From assembly GCA_030840335.1 (NCBI GenBank), contig JAUZFR010000111.1, positions 9,745 through 73,744 of the forward strand: a DNA stretch of 64,000 nt, in the 5' to 3' direction. Origin of the DNA: Actinomycetota bacterium. GTDB lineage: Bacteria > Actinomycetota > Actinomycetes > Actinomycetales > Microbacteriaceae. Position 1 is the first letter of the stretch. Every line of letters begins with the position of its first letter. Under the pieces are notes generated by a model. The model searched no databases. It was not told the DNA's origin and was given only the letters and a program-made list of their open reading frames with translations. Below are positions 1 to 8,989 of the stretch, piece after piece. Both the position numbers and the translations under genes were made by a program.

Positions 1-130
1 CGAACTTCTCGAACGATCCACGGACCTTGCTGATCGCGAGGTGCCTCACCGAGAACGTGATCTCGGAGTGGGCAGCATCAAGCGTCCAGGTGCCGGCGAT
101 GTACTGGGGATGAGTGGTTGTGTTGGTCAT
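1..130 (-). CDS. YceI family protein, 5' part (runs off the window edge)
   Basis: Manual translation from ATG at 130: MTNTTTHPQYIAGTWTLDAAHSEITFSVRHLAISKVRGSFEKF, the typical YceI N-terminus (GTWxLDxxHSxxxFxVRH...VRGxF). Not in the ORF track. Confidence 0.9.
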   Translation of the reverse strand, partial: MTNTTTHPQYIAGTWTLDAAHSEITFSVRHLAISKVRGSFEKF

Positions 131-229
131 AACCCATGCAAGCGCATTGAAGTCCGAAGTATTCCCAGAAATGGTGACGTGTCACCAAAGTTCATCTGTC
201 GTTAACATTCCGACCAGGGACAGGCCCAT

Positions 230-1075
230 TCACGGGTCGACAGGGGCATTGGCGAGAAACCTCAGCCTGCTGTTTTCGTCCCGCGCCGCCAGGTATTGGG
301 CGTACAAGTTGCTGTATTGCGCGGAGTTCACGTTCTTCACTGAATCGAGGCGTTTGAGCAGTTGGTACTCGCGATCATCCGCGACGGCAAGCACGCGGTC
401 GGCTTGCACGCCCGCGGCAACAAGTTGAGCTCGATCCTTCAGGTAGCTGTCGTAATGCGCGGTCAGTGTCGGATCGAGCACGGCGACTTCGGTTCCGATG
501 ATCGAGTGAAGCTCGCTGTACCATTCCGCCTTTGACAGCTTTCCGTAGGTATCCAGCCGGGGGCCAAGGGTAGCTTTGTGGCTGGTGTACTCCTCATCGA
601 GCAGCGGCTCGAAGGCGCCGTGCACCTGGTCGGACATAGAATCCCACACGACGTGAAGCATCTCGTGAGCTGCGGTGACCTCGGCCAAGCCGGCAAGACT
701 GGGTTCGGTGACGCGAAACAGGTAGATCGACGGTGGCGTTCCGCTGAACTCGCAGCCAGTGATGAAGTCCTCGTGGCCGACGTTGCAGGCTTTGTCGAAG
801 GCGCCAGCAGCCATGACCTGCGGCTGGCCGCTCAGAAGGACGCGCTCGCCGTCGGCGGTCAGGTTCGAGGCCGCCGCGAGCTTCCGAACCTCTGACGACG
901 CCACATAGGCCGGTGCTGATGATTCGGCGCCGCGGTACTCGGTCGGAGCGGATGTGGTGTGGCCGAGAAGGCGAAGGCAGATCACGGCGGCGATCACGAA
1001 AGCGATCAGCAATCTCGACTGCCCGCTGGTAGTCCCCGCGAAGCGCGGCGGATTCCTCTGCCCTGGTGATTTCAT
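230..1075 (-). CDS. Membrane-anchored/secreted hypothetical protein with HExxH zinc-metallopeptidase motif
   Basis: N-terminal hydrophobic segment (LLIAFVIAAVICLRLL), AAHEMLH motif, downstream ELHS glutamate; AAGG RBS upstream of the ATG. Confidence 0.7.
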   Translation of the reverse strand: MKSPGQRNPPRFAGTTSGQSRLLIAFVIAAVICLRLLGHTTSAPTEYRGAESSAPAYVASSEVRKLAAASNLTADGERVLLSGQPQVMAAGAFDKACNVGHEDFITGCEFSGTPPSIYLFRVTEPSLAGLAEVTAAHEMLHVVWDSMSDQVHGAFEPLLDEEYTSHKATLGPRLDTYGKLSKAEWYSELHSIIGTEVAVLDPTLTAHYDSYLKDRAQLVAAGVQADRVLAVADDREYQLLKRLDSVKNVNSAQYSNLYAQYLAARDENSRLRFLANAPVDP

Positions 1076-1131
1076 GGCTGACCTTCGCTACGGCCGATGC
1101 CCCCCACCAGCGATAGTCAGGCTACCAAGGA

Positions 1132-2469
1132 TCAGTGTCCCGTCAGAGGCCCCATAACGCGGGCGGCGATCGATGAGCGTCGCGTCACTTTCTCCTCGAC
1201 ATCAGCCGCCGACATCGCAATCATTCCGGCGTTCGAGCCCAGGAATCGCAAGGGCTCCGGCTCCCAGTCGGGTGATCGGTGGCCCACCCACGGCAGCGCG
1301 GTGATCGCGGTGGATCGTCCGGTGATGAGATCGGCGAGTGTGCGCCCGGCGAGGTTCGTCGTGCTGAGGCCGTCGCCCACATAGCCGCCAGCCGAGCCGA
1401 GGCCGGTAGCGGGGTCGAAACGAACGGATGCGTGCCAGTCGCGCGGCACGCCGAGCGGGCCGCCCCAGGTGTGCGTGATGCGCGCATCCGCGACGGCGGG
1501 GAAGAGGTCGGTGAGCGCCGCGCGAAGGTGCCGAAACACCCGCGGCGCGCGATCGTATCCCGGCCGGATCGCGCTGCCCCAGTGATAGCGCGCGCCGCGG
1601 CCGCCGAACGCGAACCGATTGTCGGCCGTGCGCTGGCCATAGATGAGCAGGTGCCGGTAGTCGGTGAAGGTCTGGCCGTGCTGGATGCCGATCTCGTCCC
1701 ACGTCGCGTCGGAGAGCGGTTCGGTCGCGATCATCAATGAATAGAGCGGGAGGATGCTGCGTCGCGTCTGCGGGAGAGTCGCGCCGTATCCTTCGGTTGC
1801 CACGATCACGCTTCCGGCGGTCACGATGCCGTGCGCGGTTCGCACCGAGTGGGGTTGCCAGTCGAGAACCTCGGTTTGCTCGTAGATCGCGACACCCCGC
1901 GCTTCAACGACCCTGGCGAGGCCGCGCACCAACTTGGCGGGATGTACTCGCGCGCAGTTCGGGTCGAAAACCGTGTCGCCTCGCCGCTCGAGCGGATCCA
2001 CGCCGAAATTCGCCGCGTCCGTGAGCTCGGCATCGGCGGCGCGCCGCTGTACGGCTGAGCGCGCGAACGCGAGAGTGCCGCCTTTCACGTAATCGCAGAG
2101 GATTCCCTCGGCGGCGGCGGCCCGACCAACCTCGTCGACGGTCGCGATCATCGCCCGACGCATCGCGAGTGCGGCATCGCGTCCGTGGTCCTTCTCGAGA
2201 GACGCGGTCGACCTTGGGAACAGGGCGCTGCACCACCCGCCATTCCGACCGGACGCGCCGAACCCCGCGATCTCCTTCTCGAGCACGGCGACTGTCAGTC
2301 GCGGGTCTCGTTCGTGAAGGTAATACGCGGTCCAGAGCCCGGTGAGCCCGCCGCCGATGATGGCGACGTCGACCTCGGTGTCGCCGGGCAGGGGCGCGCG
2401 CGGCGACAGGTCACCCGGCACCGAGTCGTGCCAGAAACTTAAGGCTCGATAGTCAGCGATCGCGGTCAG
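1132..2469 (-). CDS. FAD-dependent oxidoreductase, DAO/PuuB (gamma-glutamylputrescine oxidase)-like
   Basis: SFW N-terminal motif, DVAIIGGGLTG Rossmann motif, GASGRNGG. The ORF-track extension to 3144 overlaps the upstream gene. Start placed at CTG 2469 (alternative: downstream GTG). Confidence 0.85.
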   Translation of the reverse strand: MTAIADYRALSFWHDSVPGDLSPRAPLPGDTEVDVAIIGGGLTGLWTAYYLHERDPRLTVAVLEKEIAGFGASGRNGGWCSALFPRSTASLEKDHGRDAALAMRRAMIATVDEVGRAAAAEGILCDYVKGGTLAFARSAVQRRAADAELTDAANFGVDPLERRGDTVFDPNCARVHPAKLVRGLARVVEARGVAIYEQTEVLDWQPHSVRTAHGIVTAGSVIVATEGYGATLPQTRRSILPLYSLMIATEPLSDATWDEIGIQHGQTFTDYRHLLIYGQRTADNRFAFGGRGARYHWGSAIRPGYDRAPRVFRHLRAALTDLFPAVADARITHTWGGPLGVPRDWHASVRFDPATGLGSAGGYVGDGLSTTNLAGRTLADLITGRSTAITALPWVGHRSPDWEPEPLRFLGSNAGMIAMSAADVEEKVTRRSSIAARVMGPLTGH

Positions 2470-3905
2470 ATTCTGGTCCAGGCCTCGGTCAGTACTCCGC
2501 GAAGGATGCCCTCGATCTCGTCGAACTCCGCGGGGCCGATGGTCAGCGGCGGAGCGAGCTGAACGACGGGGTCGCCCCGGTCGTCGGCGCGGCAGTACAG
2601 CCCGGCGTCGAACAGCGCCTTCGACATGAATCCGCGCAGCATCCGCTCCGACTCGTCGTCGTTGTAGGTCTGCTTCGTGGCCTTGTCTTTGACCAGTTCG
2701 ATGCCGAAGAAATAGCCGTCCCCTCGCACGTCGCCCACGATCGGCAGATCCTTCAGCTTCTCGAGAGTCGCGCGGAAGATCGGGGAATTGACGCGAACGT
2801 TCTCGTTGAGCCCCTCCTCCTCGAAGATGTCGAGGTTCGCGAGGGCGACCGCGGACGAGACCGGATGTCCGCCGAAGGTGTAGCCGTGATAGAACGCCGT
2901 GCTGCCATGCTTGAACGGCTCGTAAATGCGGTCGCTGATGATGGTGGCGCCGATCGGGGAGTACCCGCTCGTCATTCCCTTGGCGCAGGTGATCATGTCG
3001 GGGATGTAACCGTATGCGTCGCAGGCGAACATGTGGCCGATTCGTCCGAAGGCACAGATGACCTCGTCGGACACCATCAACACGTCGTACTTGTCGCAGA
3101 TCTCGCGCACGCGCTGGAAGTATCCGGGGGGAGGGGGAAAGCATCCTCCGCTGTTCTGCACCGGCTCGAGGAAGATCGCGGCGACAGTCTCCGGCCCCTC
3201 GAACTGGATCATCTCTTCGATGCGGTTGGCAGCCCAGACGCCGAACTGCTCTTCCGGATCCCCGGCTCCCGGAACGGCGACAAAGCCCATCTCCTCGGCG
3301 CGGTAGAAGTTGGTGTTCGGCACGCGGAAGCCACCCGGCGTGATCGGCTCGAACATCTCTTTCATCGCGGGGATTCCGGTGATCGCGAGGGCACCCTGGG
3401 GCGTTCCGTGGTAGGCGACCGCACGAGAAATCACCTTGTGCTTGGTCGGTCGGCCCTGCAGCTTCCAGTAGTGCTTGGCGAGCTTGAAGGCGGTTTCGAC
3501 GGCCTCACCGCCACCGGTTGAAAAGAAGACACGGTTCAGGTCACCCGGGGCATAGGAGGCGAGACGGTCGGCTAGTTCGATGGCAGCAGGATGTGCATAC
3601 GACCAGAGCGGGAAGAACGCGAGTTCTTCAGCCTGCTTCGACGCCACCTCGGCAAGACGCTTGCGGCCGTGGCCGGCGTTCACGACGAAGAGACCCGAGA
3701 GGCCATCGATGTACTTGCGGCCCTTCGAATCCCAGATGTGGTGACCTTCGCCCTTGACGATGATCGGTACTCCGTGGCCGTCCTCCATGACGGACTGGCG
3801 CGCGAAGTGCATCCAGAGGTGGTCTTTGGCTTTCTGCTGCAGGTCGGCTTCGTCGAACTTGGAGCTGCTCGCGGAAATTGTTACGGGTTGTTCTGTCGTC
3901 GTCAT
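2466..3905 (-). CDS. Class III PLP aminotransferase (omega-amine/putrescine:pyruvate aminotransferase-like)
   Basis: YIDGLSGL, GGGEAVETAFK, YHG, SDEVICAFGR, PLP lysine in TCAKGMTSGY, HGYTFGGHP. Confidence 0.92.
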   Translation of the reverse strand: MTTTEQPVTISASSSKFDEADLQQKAKDHLWMHFARQSVMEDGHGVPIIVKGEGHHIWDSKGRKYIDGLSGLFVVNAGHGRKRLAEVASKQAEELAFFPLWSYAHPAAIELADRLASYAPGDLNRVFFSTGGGEAVETAFKLAKHYWKLQGRPTKHKVISRAVAYHGTPQGALAITGIPAMKEMFEPITPGGFRVPNTNFYRAEEMGFVAVPGAGDPEEQFGVWAANRIEEMIQFEGPETVAAIFLEPVQNSGGCFPPPPGYFQRVREICDKYDVLMVSDEVICAFGRIGHMFACDAYGYIPDMITCAKGMTSGYSPIGATIISDRIYEPFKHGSTAFYHGYTFGGHPVSSAVALANLDIFEEEGLNENVRVNSPIFRATLEKLKDLPIVGDVRGDGYFFGIELVKDKATKQTYNDDESERMLRGFMSKALFDAGLYCRADDRGDPVVQLAPPLTIGPAEFDEIEGILRGVLTEAWTRI

Positions 3906-3919
3906 CCTGATCTTCCTGA

Positions 3920-4402
3920 CTAGCGCGTGCCCCAGTTGTAGAACTGTTTTTGGAGTTTGAGATATACGAACGTCTCGGTGGAGAGCACGCCCGGGATCCC
4001 TCGGATCTTCTTGTTGAGAAGTTCAATAAGGTCTTCGTCGTTCTCGCACACAATCTCGGCGAGGATGTCGAAGCTGCCGGCGGTGAGCACAACATAATCG
4101 ACCGCCGCGATGCGGCCGAGCTCTTCGGCGACGAGTGTCGTGTCACCGGAAACTCGTAAGCCGATCATCGCCTGACGATAGAAACCCAGTTGCATCGGGT
4201 CGGTGACAGCGACGACCTGCATGACACCGGAGTCGGTGAGCTTCTGCACCCGCTGTCGCACGGCGGCTTCGCTGAGACCCACCGCTTTGCCGATTTCCGC
4301 GTACGAACGACGGCCGTCGGTCTGGAGCTGTTCGATGATCGCCTTGGACACCTCATCGAGCTGGACCGGTCTCGATCCGTTGGGTCGTGCCTGTGCGCTC
4401 AT
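3920..4402 (-). CDS. Lrp/AsnC family transcriptional regulator
   Basis: LQTDGRRSYAEIGKAVGLSEAAVRQRVQKL HTH; TAGSFDIL RAM-domain motif. Confidence 0.95.
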   Translation of the reverse strand: MSAQARPNGSRPVQLDEVSKAIIEQLQTDGRRSYAEIGKAVGLSEAAVRQRVQKLTDSGVMQVVAVTDPMQLGFYRQAMIGLRVSGDTTLVAEELGRIAAVDYVVLTAGSFDILAEIVCENDEDLIELLNKKIRGIPGVLSTETFVYLKLQKQFYNWGTR

Positions 4403-4526
4403 AAACCGATTCTGTCAGTGCGATGCAAGAGTCACAAGCGAATCCGCACCTATGTCGGCGTTTCACGGCCGAAATCCGTTGTTCACGATCTAGAGAGGTA
4501 CGGCGTATCTCAGTAGGGTTGTAGGC
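4403..4526. promoter_or_regulatory. Divergent lrp / ABAL-dehydrogenase control region with phased candidate Lrp boxes
   Basis: GATTCTGT (4408), GAATCCGC (4440) and AAATCCGT (4472) at 32-bp spacing; TAGGGT-N7-ATG before 4527; CAGAAT-N6-ATG on the minus strand before lrp. Confidence 0.55.
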
Positions 4527-5963
4527 ATGAGCGCACGAGAAATCCGTAACTTCATCAATGGCGAATACGTTGCGGCGAACGCCGATTCCGGCTTTGACGT
4601 GATCGACCCGGCGACCGAGGAGACGTACGCGACTTCGCCGGTCTCATCCAAGAAAGACGTCGATACGGCTTTCAAGGCAGCGGATGCCGCGTTCGAGGAG
4701 TGGGGCGAGACCACTCCGGCCGAGCGCCAGCTCGCCCTGTTCCGAATCGCGGATGCGATGGAGGCCCGCGCGGAGGAATTCGCCGACCTCGAATCCAAAG
4801 ACACTGGCAAGCCGCGCGCGAGCCTTGTCGCCGATGAGATCCTGCTGTCGGTCGACCAGATCCGGTTCTTCGCCGGAGCCGCGCGCAACCTGGACGGCAA
4901 GGCCGCAGGTGAGTACATGAAGGACCACACCTCGTTCATTCGTCGCGAGCCTGTCGGCGTCATCGGCCAGGTCACGCCGTGGAACTACCCCCTCAACATG
5001 GCGGTCTGGAAGTTCGCGCCGGCGGTAGCGGCGGGCAACACCACCGTGCTGAAGCCGAGTGACACGACGCCGTCATCCACTCTTCTACTCGCCGAGGTAG
5101 CCGCAGAGTTCCTGCCAAAGGGCGTGCTGAACGTCATCACCGGTGACCGCACCACCGGGGCAGCAATGATCGAGCACAAGATCCCCCAGATGGTGTCGAT
5201 CACCGGCTCAGTGCGCGCGGGCATGGAAGTGGCAAAGTCGGCCGCGAACGACCTCAAGCGCGTGCATCTCGAGCTCGGAGGGAAGGCTCCGGTCATCGTG
5301 TTCGACGATGCCGATATCGAGGCCGCAGTCGAAGGCATCGGTATCGCGGGGTACTTCAACGCGGGCCAGGACTGTACTGCCGCGACCCGGGTCCTCGTGC
5401 ACGAGAAGGTCCACGACGAGTTCGTCGCGGCGATTGTGGCCTGGGCGAAGGACAACGCGAAGACCGGGGCACCGAACGACGAAGGCATCCTGTTCGGCGC
5501 GGTGAACAACTCCAACCAGCTCGAGCGTGTGCAGGGCATCGTCGACTCGCTGCCGTCGAACGCGAGCGTCGAACTCGGGGGCAAGCGCCAGGGCACGAAG
5601 GGCTACTTCTTCGAGGCCACCGTCGTCAGCGGACTGAAGCAGACGGATGACGCAATCCAGAACGAGATCTTCGGCCCGGTCATCACGGTGCAGAAGTTCA
5701 CCGACGAGAAGCAGGCGCTCGACTGGGCGAACGGCGTGCAGTACGGCCTCGCTTCGAGTGTGTGGACAAAGGATCACTCCCGCGCGATGCGTTTTGCCAA
5801 ACATCTCGACTTCGGCTGCGTGTGGATCAACACGCACATCCCGCTGGTCGCGGAGATGCCCCATGGCGGATTCAAGCACTCCGGCTACGGCAAAGACCTC
5901 TCGTCTTACGGTTTCGACGACTACACGCGGATCAAGCACGTGATGAGCTATATCGGCGGCTGA
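4527..5963 (+). CDS. patD: 4-aminobutyraldehyde (gamma-aminobutyraldehyde) dehydrogenase
   Basis: ALDH motifs TPWNYP, ITGS, LELGGKAP, FNAGQDCTAATR, EIFGPV; EMPHGGFKHSGYGKDLS C-terminus typical of ABALDH; polyamine context. Confidence 0.88.
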   Translation: MSAREIRNFINGEYVAANADSGFDVIDPATEETYATSPVSSKKDVDTAFKAADAAFEEWGETTPAERQLALFRIADAMEARAEEFADLESKDTGKPRASLVADEILLSVDQIRFFAGAARNLDGKAAGEYMKDHTSFIRREPVGVIGQVTPWNYPLNMAVWKFAPAVAAGNTTVLKPSDTTPSSTLLLAEVAAEFLPKGVLNVITGDRTTGAAMIEHKIPQMVSITGSVRAGMEVAKSAANDLKRVHLELGGKAPVIVFDDADIEAAVEGIGIAGYFNAGQDCTAATRVLVHEKVHDEFVAAIVAWAKDNAKTGAPNDEGILFGAVNNSNQLERVQGIVDSLPSNASVELGGKRQGTKGYFFEATVVSGLKQTDDAIQNEIFGPVITVQKFTDEKQALDWANGVQYGLASSVWTKDHSRAMRFAKHLDFGCVWINTHIPLVAEMPHGGFKHSGYGKDLSSYGFDDYTRIKHVMSYIGG

Positions 5964-6020
5964 GCGCCTCGGGTGTTCGTGTTTTGTTGATTCATCGAAG
6001 GTCTGTCGCATAATCACTAC

Positions 6021-6671
6021 GTGGGCGAAAGCGATGTCAACGCGGAATTAGAAGACACGGTGACCGTGCCTCGACTTCCGTATGTCGAGCCCGTCGTGCC
6101 GCTCGAGCTCGACTTCGAAGACACTTTCGTGCCAGAGGATGAGCCCCCGCAGCTGGTCGAACCGGAGTTGCGACCGCGGCTGGAGGAACCATCGGGCATC
6201 GAGCTGACGCCGGTTTTCGACCCGGACACCGCGCCGGTTCAGCTGCCGCCGTACTCCGCGTCGCCGTACGAGCCGGTGCCGTCGTATTTCCGCTTTCGCA
6301 TCGGGCGTACCGTCGTATGGCTCGATGCAGTCTCGTACGTCGGTCGCCGGCCGAGCAGTCCGCGGATCGTCCACGGGCAGATGCCACGGCTGGTTCGGGT
6401 GCCGTCTCCGGGCCATGAGGTGTCGAGCACCCACATCGAGGTGCGGCAGCTGGGCTTCTCGGTCGTTGTGACCGATATGCGCTCCACCAACGGCTCGATT
6501 GTCTTCGAACCGGGCGGAACGGCGCGCAAACTTCGTCAGGGTGAGTCGGTCGTCGTTTCGCCGGGAACTCTGGTAGATATTGGTGACGGTAACGTCATGG
6601 AAATCCTTCCCCTCGAGGCTCGCGCAGCGGGGGAGTCGCTGCCGCCCGCTCCCGAGGAAGGCCAGCATTGA
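6021..6671 (+). CDS. FHA domain protein with acidic/Pro-rich N-terminus
   Basis: FHA signature VGRRP...VSSTH...STNGS; CATAAT-N6-GTG leaderless-type promoter. Confidence 0.85.
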   Translation: MGESDVNAELEDTVTVPRLPYVEPVVPLELDFEDTFVPEDEPPQLVEPELRPRLEEPSGIELTPVFDPDTAPVQLPPYSASPYEPVPSYFRFRIGRTVVWLDAVSYVGRRPSSPRIVHGQMPRLVRVPSPGHEVSSTHIEVRQLGFSVVVTDMRSTNGSIVFEPGGTARKLRQGESVVVSPGTLVDIGDGNVMEILPLEARAAGESLPPAPEEGQH

Positions 6672-7504
6672 CCGAGATCGGTGGAAGCACACCAAATTAC
6701 GAGCTTCGCCTTCCCGGCCGTCCGGATGAGGTCATCCGACTGACGTGGGCGGCCGCAACCGATACCGGACGGCGCCGAAAGGCCAATGAGGACAGCTACG
6801 TGGCGCAGTCTCCCGTGTTCGCCGTCGCCGACGGCATGGGTGGCCATGCAGCGGGCGACCTTGCGAGCGCCGCGGTCGTCACGAGACTGGCCGAGGTCAT
6901 CACGGATGGCTTCGCGACGACATCCGCAATAGACCGCGCCCTCGAGAAGGCGACCGACGACATTGAACAGGTCGGCGACGAGAGCGAGATCGGTGTCGGG
7001 ACGACCGTCACGGGTGCCGTGCTCACGCTCCAGGGCGGGGAACCTTACTTTGCCGTGTTCAACATCGGCGACAGCCGGGTTTACCAGTTCGAACGGAATG
7101 AACTGCGCCAGGTGACAGTCGACCATTCGGTCGTCCAGGAAATGGTCGACTCCGGATTGCTGAATCGCGACCAGGCCGAACACCATCCCGACAGCAATGT
7201 CATTACTCGCGCGGTCGGATTCAACATGCCGCCGACCGCGGATTACTGGATGCTGCCTCTGCGCCCGGGGTTCCGGTTGCTGATCTGCTCAGACGGCCTC
7301 ACAAAGGAACTCGGCGACGACCGACTGCGCATGCACCTCGCTGCCGGACTGTCCGCGCGGGAGACCGCGCATGCGCTCGTCGACGCTGCGCTGGCGGCCG
7401 GCGGACGCGACAATATCACCACGATTGTGCTCGATGTGATCGATGCGCCGAGCGAATACGAGTTCAACTCCACGTCCCCCCGTTCGGGGGGAAGGACGGT
7501 CTGA
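6668..7504 (+). CDS. PP2C-family Ser/Thr protein phosphatase (cytoplasmic)
   Basis: TDTGRRRKANED, AVADGMGGH, NIGDSRVY, CSDGL, GGRDNIT; start overlaps the FHA stop. Confidence 0.95.
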   Translation: MTEIGGSTPNYELRLPGRPDEVIRLTWAAATDTGRRRKANEDSYVAQSPVFAVADGMGGHAAGDLASAAVVTRLAEVITDGFATTSAIDRALEKATDDIEQVGDESEIGVGTTVTGAVLTLQGGEPYFAVFNIGDSRVYQFERNELRQVTVDHSVVQEMVDSGLLNRDQAEHHPDSNVITRAVGFNMPPTADYWMLPLRPGFRLLICSDGLTKELGDDRLRMHLAAGLSARETAHALVDAALAAGGRDNITTIVLDVIDAPSEYEFNSTSPRSGGRTV

Positions 7505-7521
7505 CGGCCTATTTAGCTGCC

Positions 7522-7527
7522 TACAAT
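7522..7527 (+). promoter_or_regulatory. Candidate internal -10 element upstream of the kinase
   Basis: TACAAT in an AT-rich spacer, followed by a GAGGGG RBS before GTG 7559. Confidence 0.4.
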
Positions 7528-7558
7528 TGACAAATCTGTCTTAAAACGAGGGGGTATT

Positions 7559-8980
7559 GTGGCGCGCCGTTTGCCATCGCAGCCCCCCGTGCTGCCCGGA
7601 TTCTCGCACATTCACGTTCTGGGATCGGGCGGCTTTGCCGACGTCTTCCTCTATGAACAAAACATGCCTCGTCGGCAGGTCGCTGTCAAGGTCATGTTAA
7701 GCGAGGTCGTCAACGATCAGGTTCGGCAGATGTTCCAGGCCGAAGCGAACCTGATGGCTCAGCTCAGTTCCCACCCGTCGATCCTCACGGTCTACCAGGC
7801 CAGCGTGTCTGCCGACGGGCGACCGTACATCGTGATGGAACTGTGTTCGTCGTCGCTGAGTGCGCGCTACCGCTCGGAGCGGCTGCCCGTCGCCGAGGTG
7901 CTGCGCATCGCCGTCAAGATCGGCAGCGCGATCGAGACTGCCCATCGGGCCGGCGTGCTGCACCGCGACATCAAGCCGAGCAACATCCTGATGACCGCGT
8001 ACGGGCATCCGGTACTGGCCGACTTCGGCATCGCTGCGACGGTGGCCGAAACCAAAGACCAGGAAATGGTCGGCATGTCGATCCCGTGGTCGGCGCCCGA
8101 AGTCCTGATGGATGAGACGCCGGGCTCGATCTCTTCGGAGGTCTGGTCGCTCGCGGCAACTGTCTATTCGCTGCTGGCGGGACGGTCGCCGTTCGAGATC
8201 CCCGGCGACTCGAACAAATCGACCGATCTGATCTCCCGCATCAACCGAGGCAAGCCGCAACCCATCGGGCGCGCGGACGTTCCGTCGAGCCTCGAGAAAA
8301 TTCTCAGCACCGCGATGTCGCGCAAGCCCGAGAACCGGCCCGAGACAGTGCTCGAGCTGGTTCGCTCGTTCCAGTCGGTCGAGACAGAACTCGGCGTGCC
8401 ACAAACGCCGATCGAAGTCGCGATGGATGAGTGGGCGCTCGCAACGGTCGGGGATCTCGAAGAAAAGACGCGCGTTCGTGGGGTCGCCGGCGCACTGCCG
8501 CCAGCCAATCCGCGCAGGCGCAGGCGTCGCCGCGTGGACAGCGCCTACAGCTCCATAGGCACCGTCGTGCGGGAGACCGGCGGCGGTAAGAACTCTGTGA
8601 CGAGCCCGGCGCGGCGAACAAGGGGAATGCGGGCGCTCACCTGGGGCCTAGTCGCAATCGTCGTCCTGGCAATCGGGCTGGGGGCAACGGCAACGCTTGT
8701 ACTGATCCGCGGCGCCAACGGCGGGGGAATCCCCGTCGTGACGAACATCGCGGCGAGCATTCACGGAACCGCGGTGCGCTTCAGCTGGGGAGATCCGGGG
8801 CTCGGCGACCGGGACCAGTACCAGATAACGACGACCGACGGCGGCTCGAGCATCCAGAAATCGAACCAGTTCGCGGTCGATGCGGCAGCAGGCAGCCAGA
8901 TCTGCATCACCGTGACGGTCAACCGCGACGGCAAGACCGGAGCGCCCAGCAGCCCCAAGTGTGCGGACGTCAAGAAATGA
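7559..8980 (+). CDS. Hanks-type Ser/Thr protein kinase with one TM helix and a small extracellular FN3-like domain
   Basis: GSGGFADV, VAVK, HRDIKPSN, DFG, APE; TM segment LTWGLVAIVVLAIGLGATATLVLI; beta-rich C-terminal domain with two Cys. Confidence 0.95.
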   Translation: MARRLPSQPPVLPGFSHIHVLGSGGFADVFLYEQNMPRRQVAVKVMLSEVVNDQVRQMFQAEANLMAQLSSHPSILTVYQASVSADGRPYIVMELCSSSLSARYRSERLPVAEVLRIAVKIGSAIETAHRAGVLHRDIKPSNILMTAYGHPVLADFGIAATVAETKDQEMVGMSIPWSAPEVLMDETPGSISSEVWSLAATVYSLLAGRSPFEIPGDSNKSTDLISRINRGKPQPIGRADVPSSLEKILSTAMSRKPENRPETVLELVRSFQSVETELGVPQTPIEVAMDEWALATVGDLEEKTRVRGVAGALPPANPRRRRRRRVDSAYSSIGTVVRETGGGKNSVTSPARRTRGMRALTWGLVAIVVLAIGLGATATLVLIRGANGGGIPVVTNIAASIHGTAVRFSWGDPGLGDRDQYQITTTDGGSSIQKSNQFAVDAAAGSQICITVTVNRDGKTGAPSSPKCADVKK

Positions 8981-8989
8981 CCGCCGCCG

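Noticed and set aside
2470-3144. N-terminal 225-aa extension of the 670-aa ORF 1132..3144
   Set aside because: It overlaps the aminotransferase in another frame on the same strand and is Arg-rich low-information sequence; family motifs begin only near 2469.
7474-7495. C-run/G-run hairpin at the end of the PP2C gene as a terminator
   Set aside because: It lies inside the coding sequence and has no U-tract; insufficient support.
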